The notes beneath the pieces were generated by a model, which worked only from the letters and a program-made list of their open reading frames with translations, was not told the DNA's origin and made no database searches. Below are positions 1 to 27,300 of a DNA stretch of 64,000 nt, piece after piece (position 1 is the stretch's first letter; each line of letters starts with the position of its first letter). The stretch covers positions 2,046,001-2,110,000 of the forward strand of contig NW_027271550.1 of the NCBI RefSeq assembly GCF_040938485.1, read 5' to 3'. Source of the DNA: Diadema antillarum (lineage: Eukaryota). The position numbers and the translations under genes are program-made.

Positions 1-12819
<12,819 letters not shown>

Positions 12820-13062
12820 TATGAGGAGAACTCTGTAGCAGCTAGGAAAACACGGAATTACGTGTCTTTGCCAATACAGTCGTGATAATTTTGCTCACAG
12901 GTCACACTTCACAACTTGAGAACGAGTAAAAATGGCCTTCCCTCATCACGTTGTATACTGACGTACTGTGTATCCGGACGCTCATACTGTGCATGCATAT
13001 AGTTACGGGCCTGTGTAAATGCATGTACAATCTACCATGAGAGTCCGAGTCTCATGAACCAT

Positions 13063-13070
13063 TTTGGCGC
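13063..13070. promoter_or_regulatory. E2F-type site TTTGGCGC ~245 bp upstream of the SPT16 start codon
   Basis: Matches TTTSSCGC within a CpG-rich promoter-like region; function not shown. Confidence 0.3.
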
Positions 13071-13598
13071 GCCTGAATATATCCTCTGAACATGGTGGTT
13101 CAAAATCGTGGAATCCTATGGTATCTTCAAATAGACTTAATACTTGATAACGCGACACAGCATCGTTGCGTGCAGCCAAAAGCTTTATAGCTCCTTTGAA
13201 GTTAATTGCCAATTTTGACACACGGAAAACAAAAATGGACGACAAAACATCACAGAAAATAAAAAAAGAAATGAGAAGTTTGATTTCCGATGCCACGTAT
13301 CGTATCAAAGATCACATTTATAAACAACACAGTTTGTGCTCAGGCCTCTGTGGGCCAAATAGCCCACCGCTCTTTTTCTTCTTTTATGATGAATTCAACT
13401 TTTCTTAGCTATTGTATAGGTTATGTTTGTTTCATGTCTATTATTACAAACCACCAGTAAAATAATTCATTTATGTATCTACACTATAATACCAGATTTG
13501 TCGAGGGCCCTTAATACAAGCAATGTCCGCCACTATCTTTATCGGGGGGGGGGGGGGGGGGGGGGGGCGAAAGGGCAAGTGCCAATTAAAGGTTTTAA

Positions 13599-13983
13599 AG
13601 GGATCGTACAGTTCTGGTTGAGACCTAATTTCAGGTTTGTAACAGTTTTAGGGGAGATAATGAGAAATCTCATATCAAATATGAAAGAGCATGTAATTCT
13701 TTGAGGAATTCAATGTTTATTTGATAAAAATTGGTTTTGAAATGGCTGAGATATCCAAAAAGAGCGATTCTCATAAAGTGTGGGACCCACACTTTGTGAT
13801 GACGACCGCTTTGTTTTACTTTGTTTTGGGATGTTTCAGTTATTCCGAACCCGATTTTTATCAAATAAACTTTGAACTCCTCTTAAAATGGTATGCTCTG
13901 TACTATATTATAAGTGTTTTCTTGGTATCTCACAAAAAATTTAAAAGCCCAATTCTCATCTCCACAAATACTGTACTATCCCT
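13599..13983. mobile_element. Kolobok-like MITE, same family as 3965-4348 (opposite orientation), 385 bp
   Basis: TTAA at 13595-13598 and 13984-13987; ends AGGGATCGTACAG...CTGTACTATCCCT; shared core GAAAGAGCATG...GGTTTTGAAATGGCYGAGATATCCAAAA. Confidence 0.8.
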
Positions 13984-14273
13984 TTAACATATTATTATCA
14001 TAATTTTAGGAAACCGGATCCCTCTCGCTCGGTTTTTTGCTAACAAGCAAAAAAATAAAATAAAAAGTCTTCAGCGCATCTTTCACATTCCACTTCCGCG
14101 GGTTTTTCAGCTGACAGGCAAAAAACCAAACCAAACCAAAACAAAAACAAAACACTTCACACTTCAAGGATTCATTTTTTCTATAGTGCCACTTCCGCGG
14201 TAAAAACAAAAAACAAAAACGGAGGGGGGGGGGGGGCCAAAGTAGTGACATCCTATATACATATTCCTATGTT

Positions 14274-14514
14274 CACTCTAAAAACATCCGGGTCAGAGCT
14301 GACCCGGAAAAGGGTCCGTAAAATGGGGTCACACTCCGTTCCAGGTCAAAAATGACTTGGAATTTGGTCATGAACACCCGGAATGGGGTCACCCTGATCC
14401 AATTCATGACTCTGAATTGGGTCATATCTGACCCCATCCCTTGTCATTTCTGACCCGGAACGGAGTGTGGCTCCAACAGACCTGGGTCAGACTGACGCAG
14501 ATGTTTTTAGAGTG
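14274..14514. mobile_element. EnSpm/CACTA-like MITE, 241 bp
   Basis: TT|CACTCTAAAAACATC ... GATGTTTTTAGAGTG|TT (15-bp perfect TIR, 21/23 extended, 2-bp TSD); internal TGACCC/GGGTCA repeats. Confidence 0.85.
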
Positions 14515-17500
14515 TTCATTGCATGGTGCAACTGAAAAAGTTGCAGGGGGTCTCGAGCCTCCCCCCACCCCGTTCCGCCAGCCCTATGAATATCCCACAC
14601 CACCTCCATGGACTATGACAGTTAACTGTTTAGTGATAGAGGCGATTTAGCTTTTCACACGAATATTAAATTTTCTTACATTTTTGATGGAAAAATTCCA
14701 AATATTTCACCAAAAGTACACACACCAATTGATTAATTTCAGGTCTGAAAATACAAAATTTCATGTTTAGTCTAGTTCGAGGGGGAGGGACACCCCATCC
14801 CCCAACCCCCCCCCCCCTTTAAAGTCGCTCCGCTCCCTCGCATCATAGATCTTGAGTTTTGTCGTCTTTCCCATCATGAAAACTAGTCGACGCCCGCGTA
14901 CTTGATAAACATGGAGGCCGAGTTCCCATTTTCTGAATTACAGTCATATAACTAGGGAACCTATATCAGAGTTTAGAAAAATGCTGTTTGGAATTTTCGA
15001 ATTTAATAGTTCCGTGGAGGTCATTTAACAGCCATTTCCATGTGCTGAAATATAGGGTAATTTGAAATGTCGGCGCCGTGTGACAATGGGTGTACCTATG
15101 TATAGACAACAATTTAGAAGACTAGTGATACTTCACCACAAGGAGTAAGCCTAATTTGTAAATTGTATACCAGTCCTTAACATTTTATTCTATTGTAAGT
15201 TAGATGTATTGAGTGGCCCATATCAATTCCTACAAGCTTGTCTTTTACGTGGGTCCCTCTTTTCCATTAACGCAATTATTTTGAATAATTAGTTTCGTAA
15301 TACATTATGCATTTTTTAATGTACTAGTAATACGTTGTACGTTTGGTGTTTTTTTTTTCAATTCAATTCAATTCATTTTATTTTCATACTTCTCATTTAT
15401 GAACATTACAACAGAAACCAGACAAGTTCTTTTACCTTGTGAACAATGTGCAGAAAACAAACAATACATGGTGATAACACAGTAATTACATGTAATGATA
15501 ACTGGTCAAAATCGAAATCGAAATCTTTGAATCTGTATCGACAACAAACATGTGTTATAGGAAATAAGATTTCATTTGCATTGAATAAAGTTATTATCAA
15601 TTAAGCGTCTTTATAACATTAGGTTATAACAGCTAGCAATATAGGCCTATACGTGCTATACATAGTTCAATATTTTATTATCGCTCGCTCGGAGATAAAT
15701 TTGACTGGTTTTCTCTGGACGAACAGAGTGTAATATAGGAATTAATTAGCCCTTGTTGATTAAGGTATGGACCTGATAAATGGACTGTTCAAGGCAGTCT
15801 TTCTTTGATGTAATTATCGTCGCCGACACATGATTATGTGCATCTTAATGACTACATTCATGTGTCTGGACAATAACGATTTTGTGATCATTATATCGTC
15901 ACTAACAGAAGAATCGTTTCCCTCATTTCAGTCTTGTTTCCCTGAAATGTCTTTGAATAAATACAGACGTTGAGGAGCAGCAAATGTTGAGAACATGACA
16001 ATTTTTGTGTCAAAAGATGGGTAATTGCTGATTTGCACATTTTTGCACACGCATTGACCTTGCCTTAATGGCAAGATAACCTGTTCTCTATAACCATTAC
16101 CGTCCCTTTTTGCTCTGAAATAAGCTGCGAAAAGTGAAATATTGCGATCACATAATAAAAATGACAATCATTCAAAAATGTTAGCTTTCTTTTAAAAACT
16201 GCCTGCTTCTCCCAAGCGAAATTGTTTGAGGCATGATTTCCTAACATATACACCAACTGCACATTCACTTTACTTGATTTTTGTGAATTATTTTCTTCCG
16301 CGCATATAGTTATTTCTCGAATCTCCGTTTTCTTCTTTCATTTCATTTCATTTATTTATTTCCATATCCAAATTATACAAAATTATTGCTACGTATAGGA
16401 TTAACATTTACAAGAAGGTGGGAGTGTCATAAAGTAAATACAAACAATAGTATAACAAAAGTATAATAATACACACCTGCAACTTCAAGCACGGGTCATA
16501 ATATGAACCCACGTAATATACAAATAATTTGATCTTCATGAAATCACTTTAAGTTGAAATAACACTAGTTTAGTAACGAATATGGAGGGAACTTACACGA
16601 GAAGCAAAACTTGTACAATTAGCAAGTTCCCCGAGTAAAAAAAGGAAAAACAAAGTCTGTGCATATCAACGTCGTCAGTGCGTATCCATATCCAAATAAA
16701 CGAGTGGGCATTCCGATTCAGAAGAGATAAGAGGAAGAGGTACAAGTAAAGCAATGGGACCAGATGACACACACACACACATACAAACAAACACACACTG
16801 ACACAGAAACATCCATACAAACCCGAGCAAATAAACAACACAAGCTAACACAGGACAAAGGGTCCATGAGACGAGGAAGCCGACGTGCATTCAGCATGTC
16901 AGTTTAGCTTGTCTAATAAAATAAGATCCGCATAATACAATGAGAAATGTAGACAATTACTGACTTGAAAGCAAGGTTGTCTGTTGTATCATGCTTTTGT
17001 ACGTATTTATAGGTGCATGAATCAAAATACGATTCGATGAATGTCCTTAGGTCCATGATTAAGGTGAATTTTTCTATAAATACATTATTGGAGGCTTTGG
17101 ACACGTTTTCGTTCAGATTCAGGCTGAGTGCAGACCTATTCCTTTTAGTTCAGCTTCCTTGATACAGAAAACACCTGCAATAAGCCAGTTCGCAGTTCCA
17201 TGAATCTGAGCATGTGCAGATATTTATTAAAGGGCATGCAGACATCACTTGAAATGGATTTGCAACTGTGTATTCAAAACCTCACATTATTGTGGCTTCA
17301 TGACAACTGTGAGGTGTAAACGAACCCGGTGCAGCTTGATATTTGCAGATGAATGTGCATTCTCTTCAGCAACATTCATGCAGCACTGACTGCACTTCCT
17401 GCATGGCTGTTTTCAACTGCTCTTCTTGAAGACCGCCCATGTTTTGCAAAGTCTGTGGTTGGAGAGGTCTGAGCCTATCCCCGTATATATAGTAGTCTTA

Positions 17501-20500
17501 TAGTGTCAACAGTGAACTGGCTTTCGGCGTGACTTCGCGCCCCCAACTTACAGGACTGAAGCAGACATTGGAGCTTTCGTGAATTATATGTTTATGAAGA
17601 ATTACATGTAGGTACTATAACATCCAGAACTTGATTATATACGGATACCAAATAGGCTAATAGAAAACAAACACCTTTTGAACTGCGCTGATGCGGAACA
17701 GTAAAACCGCGCAGTCCCTGCAATCCGCCACCCTGCGAACATTATCGGCGGTAACTTCAGTCACTGCTCCAAATTACTTGTTTCGCGCGCTGCGCCATTC
17801 ATACATCTCTCTTTCGGAGATGTACTTAGTGGTGTCAAAACAACACAGGTGTACTAGGTGTACTATGTAACCATCCCGCTACCAGACCAGCAGGGAGTTG
17901 CTTTCCCCAAGTCACCCCAACCCACCCTACATCCAGGTTTACCAAAATGTTACTCTTATAAATTATGTAAATATATTACAGTAAATGATATTTGGAAAAG
18001 ATCAAGAGAAAGGGATAGAGATGAGAGAAGGACCGGGAGTGCGAGGACTCTAACAGTGCTATCAACTCTCATTCAAAGACAAAAGCATTGTGTAACTTTG
18101 ATCATTTTGTTTTCATCCTTTTATTATACGAGAGGGCATTAACACAGCACTGGCAGATTGTCCATTAATCATTGCACATTTTGCCTGTGCATCTTGACAG
18201 AGAAAAACAAATGCACAAAGGCATATCCATTCCAATTGAAGTGACTGCTAATAACAATGTTACCCCATAAAATAGGCTATAAAGGAGTATATGAAATTTG
18301 CTCTTCTTTAATATCTAATCATATTGGTTGTGATTACAGTCAGATTTGAAAAATCTGAAAATGAAAAAGCGCTCACTTTCTTTTTGTACTGAATGCTGAG
18401 GTCTTCCCAGCATTCAATCATGTTTAGTGCTCTAACTATATAATTCATAAAGTATGAGTAAGTTAAGTATATCATTCCTGCCGAGAAAGTTACACTGATA
18501 AGAAAGGATCACACACCTTTTTGTTTGTTTTTTGTTTTGTTTTTGTTTTTGCATTGGCATTGGCATATCAGATCTAGAATTACATAGAATTCAACCCTGT
18601 CGTGAAATGGCCTTGAGAAATCATTTTCATTTGATTATTATTCTGCTATGCATGGCTGGGGCCATGGAACGTTTTTTCGGAGGGGCGGCAGAGGTTCAGG
18701 TCAATGGTATTCCAACCCCCCACCCCCACCCCCCACCACCCCCCCCCCCCCCCTGAAAGAATCGAAGATGAAACCTTCGGAAAGTCGTGGGTTTTGTGAT
18801 TGTTCTTCCCGATTTTTCGAGCACCTCTAACTAAAGATTTTTGTAAAATTAAATCTCAAGACGTTGTCGGCAACAAGAGAAATGTGTGATTTTTCTTGCT
18901 TTGATTTTTAAAGTAAAAAGAAATGCTTTTAACTCTACCTAGTAATATGGAATGGTGGAGAAGTTTTCAACAATTTTTGTATGCGAATGGGTATCAAGTG
19001 ACAATGATTGAATGAATTCTTGCAACTTCCTATATAATACGAGTATAATTACATGGCATACTATTTCGGTTGTACAGTTTGTATCTAGTTTCAGTCAATT
19101 TCTCTCTCCTCTTTGCACCTCTCTTCTCCATGCATGTTCAGTTCCGCCCCTTCTCTCTCTCCATCTCTCTTCATTATTTTCTGCTCCTCCTAAACCTTGA
19201 AATTCTGCTAAAACATAGCAGCAATGCTCGTACGTTGTTGACCAGTTCGTCGAGTTTATTGACACATTATTTTGTAAAGGTCGACCTCTTTCTATATACT
19301 ATAAATCATTATCACACACTTTGACTGACTACACTGATCATAACGTGGACCTACTGTAGGTTCATGATCATAAGAATCATCCTGAAACAGCTGCACATTT
19401 TCATGAGAGGCATTCCATACTCAGGTTGTAACCCATATAGTATTCAACTAACAAGAATTATGTAGTCCACGTGCGTATATGTAATCTATACAAGTACACC
19501 GGTATAGTGGCAGCTTATGCGACCAGAAATATATAGATAACTGTTACTTTTACGCAAAATCTATATCACCAATCTTAATTTGAACACGTTGAAATATTCC
19601 ACATAAATTACAAAATCCATGAATGTTTGTATGTATAGATACAGTAAAGTAAAGAAGAAGCGAAGAGAGAAAGAGGTATCCAACATAATACACACAATAC
19701 ACATGTCGAATAAACAGTGTGCGTGGATGAAATTTCTCAGTAACTTCGTCCACTCGATACAATAGTCATGGGGAAGTTATAAAGGACAAACAGTACTGAC
19801 ATAGAAGATACTTTCCGTTCATAGCTTCTTAGACTTCCATAATTATGTATACACCCCTCACACAACGGAATACTGTTGTTTATATCCATCGTAACATAAT
19901 CTGTACAATGCTGAATATGAAAGTCAGTCGTTCCGCTTGTACTCTTACTTCTAGAAAAAAAAATATAGAGAGATCCAATAAGTTTATTTGTTTGTTTGAT
20001 AAAGAAAATTGTTTTACAGGTTCACAATGTGCAGTGAAGTGTGACATTGTTTCTAAGCTCGAATGGTTGATGCATTGTCTGATATGACATAAACATATTT
20101 TTTTGAAATACTCTACATTTTTCTCAGTTGTCTGGGGAAAAATATTGTTCTTCTTCTTCAAACGTTACATAAATCATTTACCAAAATAAGGAATATCATA
20201 CAGATCTGCCATCCGAGTTGCTACAATGATATTGAGGGACAATCTTGTGTCAATGGATTCGGTTTGCTATAAGATATCATGCAGACATACACTGTCTTCA
20301 CAACGAAGTTCGTTTCTGGGATGGCATCCAGAAAGCTTACTCATAGATGAGCATATGGCCCGACATAGCAACAAGTAATGTCTGCAAACTAATTCAAACC
20401 ATTAAAATGCACTGAGTAAAGGTACAAGTGAATGTCCGAGCTTGTAACTATAATTATATCAAACTCAGAGGAAAAACATATATTGCATTACTATACATCA

Positions 20501-21089
20501 GCATAATATTCTACAACCCTATCATCTACAATGTTGGAGAAATAACGTCTACAATTGAATAACTCTCTTATGTTCAACAGACATCATTGACACCTTTTTA
20601 GTACAGCTGCTTGTGATTAAGACAAGATTCAAGGGAAACTCCCATTCATGTTTAAGTTCAGCCGGAATACGAGAGGAAAATCTCATAAACATCATAGTGA
20701 GTTTCCCAGGGTTCGACGAATATTATTGATACCGGTCACTCTCATCCATTACAACTTTTAATGACACATTGTTTTTTTCTCCCACAACAATCCTTAAAAT
20801 ACGAACAATACGTTAAATAGATGAAAACGTATTCTTCGTGAATAATCTATAAGCAACTATGACAACCTCATTCACAGCTGTCATTGAAAACTTCAAAAAC
20901 TCCTTCCAGCAGTAAGAAAGGAGTTTTTCCTGTCGAATCAGAAAAACGTAAATATAACATAAAAATTCACGATAATGGGAAATGGTATAATTACTATGAG
21001 CAATGAGACAGCGTGAGTCCTCTCATCGAATTTGCACGTTACTGTGATTGACACTGTTGCAAAGAACTATGTCAACTAAATATTCATTT

Positions 21090-21095
21090 TTTATT
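21090..21095 (-). promoter_or_regulatory. Candidate polyadenylation signal (AATAAA) of the dipeptidase
   Basis: AATAAA on minus strand ~140 nt after the TAA stop. Confidence 0.4.
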
Positions 21096-21235
21096 TTTTC
21101 AAAATTTCATTTCTTGGTCCCATTTTAGTGGAATTTTTCACTGTTGCTATTGTTTACTGTTATTGTCATTACACATTATAGCAGAATCGACTTGTTATAC
21201 CTGGATTTACATTTCACTTAAATCATATCGTGCTT

Positions 21236-24200
21236 TTATAAGCAATAGTCACGACTCGAACGCAAGAATGGATCTTCAACTTCTGAACGACGTCCTCTAT
21301 GGCCATTTGTTCCTTGATAGTACACGGTCCGGCATTTGTTCGTTTTCTCTCCTCCGCTGGTGAGTGGCGTCCCTGACTCATCCGGGCGCTGGGAAGACAG
21401 AAGTTGATCTCGAACCTATATTGGCGATAGAAGGCACAAACAACATTCCAAATTCGCATACGTTTAAAAAAAAAAAGGGGGGGGATGGACAGAAAGGAAT
21501 ATCAAGCAACCCCGAAATATTTTCCAGTGAAAGTTTAAACAGCTTTGGTTTGACAGAAGCCATTAACTTGTGCTATGTCATCCTCTGACCTACTGTCCAA
21601 GCAGATGGAATGCATTGAAACAAACCGATGAAATTGAGGAGACTTCACTATAGCAAGACATTCACGTGCGCGGATGCACGGTCTTATTCAAAACTGACAA
21701 AAGACATTGGTAGTCAAGGAAAATCTCAATAGCCATCCTTTCTCTGAATACTCAACCAGAAAACATCTTTACGTGAGTCTACTCAATATTCGTCAACGAA
21801 AACATTAGGCATAACAGCATGAACAGTCGTCCTTCTAGACTACATGGTTTTCGCTCCAGTGAGATGATTTCAAGTCATTTGTTATTTTCCGTTATAAGGA
21901 TATTAACCGACAAACAATGTCAACAAAAGAAGATTGTCACCCCAACATCGGGCTGGAAGTTTAAGCATTTCCTACGGACATTAAAGAGTTTGTCATCATT
22001 CAACAATTTTAGTCTGGTCAAACGCAAATAACAAGAATAGTATAGGAACAACAACAGCGACGACGACGGCGACACATTAAGTGCATTAGATATTTTGACT
22101 ACCTACATTGGACAAGAGATCTAATTGTCTTTTATCGATTTTCTTTTCAAGTGCAACCTTACTTTCTAACACAATATCAATATCTAATAATATTGCTGTC
22201 ATTGCAGGAAAGGCCTACGTATATAGCAGCTAACCTGTTCTGCTTTCCGAAGCACTCGTAGAAGGTTGTTTCCCATGGCGGCTTTCACCTCGGTTTCTGT
22301 CCAGCCTCTCTCGATCAACTCTGCGATCAGATTTGGAAATTTGGACACGTCTTCCAGACCGTGTGGTGTGCTGTCCGAACATGACAACCAAAACACACAA
22401 AAGATGAGGTTGGCTAAGAGAAATCAGGATTTTTTTCATGTGATAAAGCTTAATAACAACTTTTGTGAAAGGCGCCCACGGAAGACCCTGCGACTAGCTT
22501 ACTTTGATGTAGCTGAAGGCGTCGCGTCTTTGAGCAACGATTCTGCAGTTTTGAAATTGAATATCACGCTACCGTCTGACAACCTGCTATCTATAGTGCA
22601 TCTCACACGGTGGGCAAAACCAAAACTAACGAACAGATTTTGAGCCAATATTTCTCATGTTTAGACGTGTGATGCAAACATTTTAACGATAACAAAGAAT
22701 ATAAATGCCTCTTGATTACTTATACTTACTCGTACGCTCCGTTTAAAGAAAAACGTGTAAAGAAGGCGGTTGTCGCATACAGAACGACTTCCCTGAGGGA
22801 TTATTGATATAGGGATTTGTCAATCATTGTTAAGACACAATCAAAATATCTCATCACAATAGTCAGTCAGTCTGTCAGTCAGTCTTTCCTATTAAAGCTA
22901 AATCTTTGCAGAAATCAAGCTAGTTCTCCATTCTTCCGTTCTCCAAATTTTGCTCCTCCTTGGAAGGCGTTTTTTATTTCTACTTATCCATCACTATCAC
23001 TTCGTTGCATCAAATTACAATCTCTTTGGTTGCATGAGTTTTGACTTAACATTTCTCCAGACAATAAACTATGAAAAGATACATTATTGCAGGGGTGTGT
23101 ATAGCCACAGACACATCAACGTCACGTACAATCAATGTAGAGATGACAAAACAAATACGCACATACTATGAAGAAAGGGGATTTAACGACGAGCAAAAGA
23201 AAACAGTAAAGTCACATGGGGATTTAACGACGAGCAAAACAAAAAAGTAAAGTCACATTCATTTTGAATTTCATAAAGATATGTCAGTACACAATCTTCC
23301 ATGTTTCTCTTAATGTATTTTTGAAATGCTGGATATGGTAATGACGTTTTTCGTCTGTCCAGTCTAAATTTGGATATATGAACTGTATTTGAGCGCCAAA
23401 ATACTGGAAAAGGAGATTTGTGAAGTTTCGCTAATTTTCGTCAAACAATTTTCGAGCAGTTGATATTGATGCAAATAACTGAGCTGATGATGTCATCCCC
23501 TCATCAATTTTCCATTGACCGTTTACAGAAAGCTGACGAAATTATAATTGTTCTGCTGTTAAAGTATAAAACATAATGTTATTCCTGGCTGCATGATTTC
23601 CAAATTATGATCAGAAAGACATAATCGTTAGGATTTGAAAGTGGGACATAATTGCGTTTGAACGAACACAAGTGGAAATTACAAGGATTTTTTGTAGTTG
23701 TATATGACAAGGCTACGACATCATCAGCTCTCTCATTTGCATATTCATATTGACGGTGCAAGAACTGTTTGTTTGTTTGGTGTTTTTTTTAAAATCAGAT
23801 AAACTTCTCAATTTCATATCTCTCTAATTTCAATCTGATATTGATCTATTCCTCACTGCTGCGCTTATTAAATTTTACTCTTTCTTTCTTTTGAGACTAT
23901 ACAACTTTCAACTGGTCCATGATTGCATTTTTAGTAAAGGAAATTCGAATTCAGTATATTATATGCCTGTTGATGACAGAGACCACCCCCTCCGTTGAGG
24001 GGAGCCTCTCCGATCGCACTTTCTTCAAAATGGGTACTGACAGCATGTTGTCATGAGCGACAATGGAGGTAATTTTCAGAATCTACTTTATGTGTGTGTA
24101 TGTGTGTCTGTGGTTCATAGGAAGAGGAAGTAGTACATAGGAAGGATAACATTACTTTTGTCACTTGCTTGTGTCCAAATTGTGTGATTAACTTTGTTAC

Positions 24201-24286
24201 TTTGTTGTACAACTGTACCAGTATGATATTGGCTTTGTATCATTTGAATGGTAATGAATGAATGAATACCACTGAAAAAAAGTGTA

Positions 24287-24327
<41 letters not shown>

Positions 24328-27300
24328 TGTGTCCCCACTTTGAGGCAACATAGTCTCATTCTCGGAGTCACGTACAGGGGCACACCGTCAAAGTCACTGC
24401 CGATGCCGACACAAGTCCAGCCACAAACAGTTTTGATGTGATCCATGTGGTCTGAAAAAAAAAAAACATTTGAAAAGTTTTTTTTTGATAATAAGGTCTT
24501 CTTTATCCAGGGTGGCCTATTCAGTGTCGTCACTGCTCTACCAGAGGGCCCTGACGTTATTATTACCCTAGCGTTGCCAGGTATACTCATTATGCACCTT
24601 GGTCGAGAGGGACATCACTATGGTGGGTAAAAACATCATTTTTGTCCAAGGACGAGAGCACTGGGCGGGACTCGAATTCGGGTTCTCCGATTGGGAGTCG
24701 GGAATCTTATGCCACAGCGCCCTTTTGATGGGAAGAATGAACTTAATCAGCTCTTCGATTAGACGTGATCTTCGAGAGATACTGAATAATACTCTCATTT
24801 GTGTAGCTGCGAATACACAGATTCATACTCAACACGTATCAAACACATGGACCGTTCCATACAGATACTATAATACATTGTATTGTATACATGCCTTTAA
24901 AATGCCCATGCCTGTGAATGTTTAGATGAACCATTTTGAAGGGACTTCGGATGGAATTAATGGGTGTTGATCTCTCATCAACTTTGAAAATGCTCATTTC
25001 AGGCATGAGTTCCTCATGAGCTAGAATATCTAGTTATAACCCTAATTAAAGTTGTCTTTCTAGTTGACAAAAAAAGGGGGCAAGAGTCATTCCCTGGTGA
25101 TCCAGCGTCTATCATGGAAAACAAATTACAAGTGCAAACTGAGGCTATAACAATATCAACTCTATTCGTCGTAAGAATGGCCTTGGAGGCAAACTCAAGC
25201 AACTAGATTGTGCCCAACATAAAAGGGACCTCAACCAGTAAACACCATCGAGTTTTCGTTATTCCATGTCACTGATTAGTTAGCAAATCATTACCCTTGT
25301 GTCTCTCAAAAAGGTTTCCTGATTTCCCTTTTGTAACACATAGTTGTATGGTCATTGTTTTTGTACCGACTTTATATACCAACCTGCCACTTGACTCATT
25401 GTGGCTTCGGTCTTGTTTTCGGGTGGACAGTTGATGTATTCTGTGAAGAAATTTACCATGACGATACCTCCATTTTCAGCCTGTGATAGAACAGGACAAA
25501 AAAAAATATGTATGATGTAAGACATGCAAAGATTTTTTATTTTTTTTTTTTTGCAAAGGAACGCTGATATTCAACTGACATGAGACACACCCAGTGTGTT
25601 CGCTAAATGTGTGTGAAGATAGATTAGAGCTTAAGAGAGTGAATGGTAAAATGCAGTGTCCCTTCACCATGTCCATGTTAAAGGTTGACACACAAAACTA
25701 TAGAGCAGCATCAACAAGCGAAGTGAGTGCCTGGCGCTGCTGTGTTGACAGTTTTGCTCCTTTGCCGTTTGTTGTTTTGCTTTGTCTTTTGACTGCCCAT
25801 CCCCGCAGTCTTGTTAAAATGAAAATTGTAGGTACGACAGAGTTTGAAATGTTAACATATTATATAGTTCTTCGAATCTGAGTAAGTAAAAACTAAACTG
25901 GTCAATTGGCTTGACACTGCCTATTATCATGAAAAGAAGGAAAGTGTTTGGCAAAATTTGCAGAAGAATTGATCTTATGCATTTCACATCTTTCATGAAT
26001 TTCAGTGCAAATCTTGTATGTATTGACAAAGGCAATGGAACAAGCGAAATTGATTCAAATTGCATGCACAAAATGAGGACAAAGAAAACACACACACAGA
26101 CACACACACACACACACACACACAAAATATGCCAATTTGAGGCACGAAAGTATATCATTTCCATGAACTCCTGGAATTTGTTGGAAATTCAAGGATCAGT
26201 AATTAGGAGGTATCAAACAGTATAAGTTTAGAAGTGTTTTGATAATGCTGCAACCATTAATGAACGATAGCGTAGCATAACCAAATTAAGGCGCATGTAA
26301 GTGGCTTTTGAGCTGTAATGAGGAAGGGGATACATGTTTTATGGAACGCAGAACTACTGTGCCTTTTGCAACTTACTACTCGTCTGAGAATGTGATCTGG
26401 AACGTTCCGATAGCTATTGCACAATGCGAAAGCGGAGGAGTGACTGAATATGACCGGGGCTTTAGCAACGTCCAGGGCGTCTGACATCGTGCCCTCTGAC
26501 ACGTGAGCGAGGTCAACGAGCATGCCCAGTCGATTCATCTCAAGGATCACTCTCTGTGAGGATTTTAAAAAAAAAAGTTATGAGAGGGAGGGGTAGAGGA
26601 AAAAAATGAGAAGGAAAGGGAACATGAAGTACATTGAAAAGAACACAGAAACAACTTTAACAAAACGTAAGAGGCAGTCAAGTTTTTTTTATTCATCTTG
26701 AAGGGGTTATTAAAATCTTCGGAGTGTACTAGTATATGCCTATTGCTTGCTTAGAAGTAATGAACAGTATGTTGAGGTAAAGAAGGGGGAAAATGGAGTG
26801 CCGAAATCTCATTTGAATATGCATAAGTCACGTTGTACTTTACTTTGTTTATATACAAATGCCATATTGTATACTTTCGTCGGAAATGAAATGAAATGAA
26901 ATATTGTGCGTCATCACGGGAGAAAAGTTTAAATTCTTGTTGTTGTAATATGACAATTATCAACAGTCTTCTTGGTTCTATACCTTTCCCCAGTCAGTCA
27001 GCCCATCGAATTCGTGATCATTCTTGAGGTCGTTGTCCCAGTTGTCAGCCCTGTGTTGTAAAATAGGTTATGACATTGTTCAGCATTCAAACCATGCAAT
27101 ATAATAATAATGCACACACTAAATAGTCCCGTGTGATATCTATAGACCTACTAAGGGTTGGACCCTATATATTTTAGTTTAGCATCGGGTCAAAACAAGT
27201 ATTAAATCTCACTGGAAATAAAGACGCATTTATATCTCATTAAATCAATTCAGTCTCAAATTACTTAAATTTGTTCAGTCAGTTTACAATGATGAAGGGC

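Noticed and set aside
13003-13408. Divergent gene from the SPT16 promoter (ORFs of 80-101 aa)
   Set aside because: No convincing splice sites, downstream exons or homology.
16913-17460. Decayed coding sequence on the minus strand
   Set aside because: Stops in all frames and no recognisable domain motif.
20850-20935. Alternative last exon giving the dipeptidase a GPI signal
   Set aside because: An acceptor-like site exists, but none of the three frames encodes a hydrophobic GPI-type tail and there is no good donor in exon 10.
24640-24722. tRNA gene
   Set aside because: A and B boxes are degenerate, no full cloverleaf, and it continues into a SINE body.
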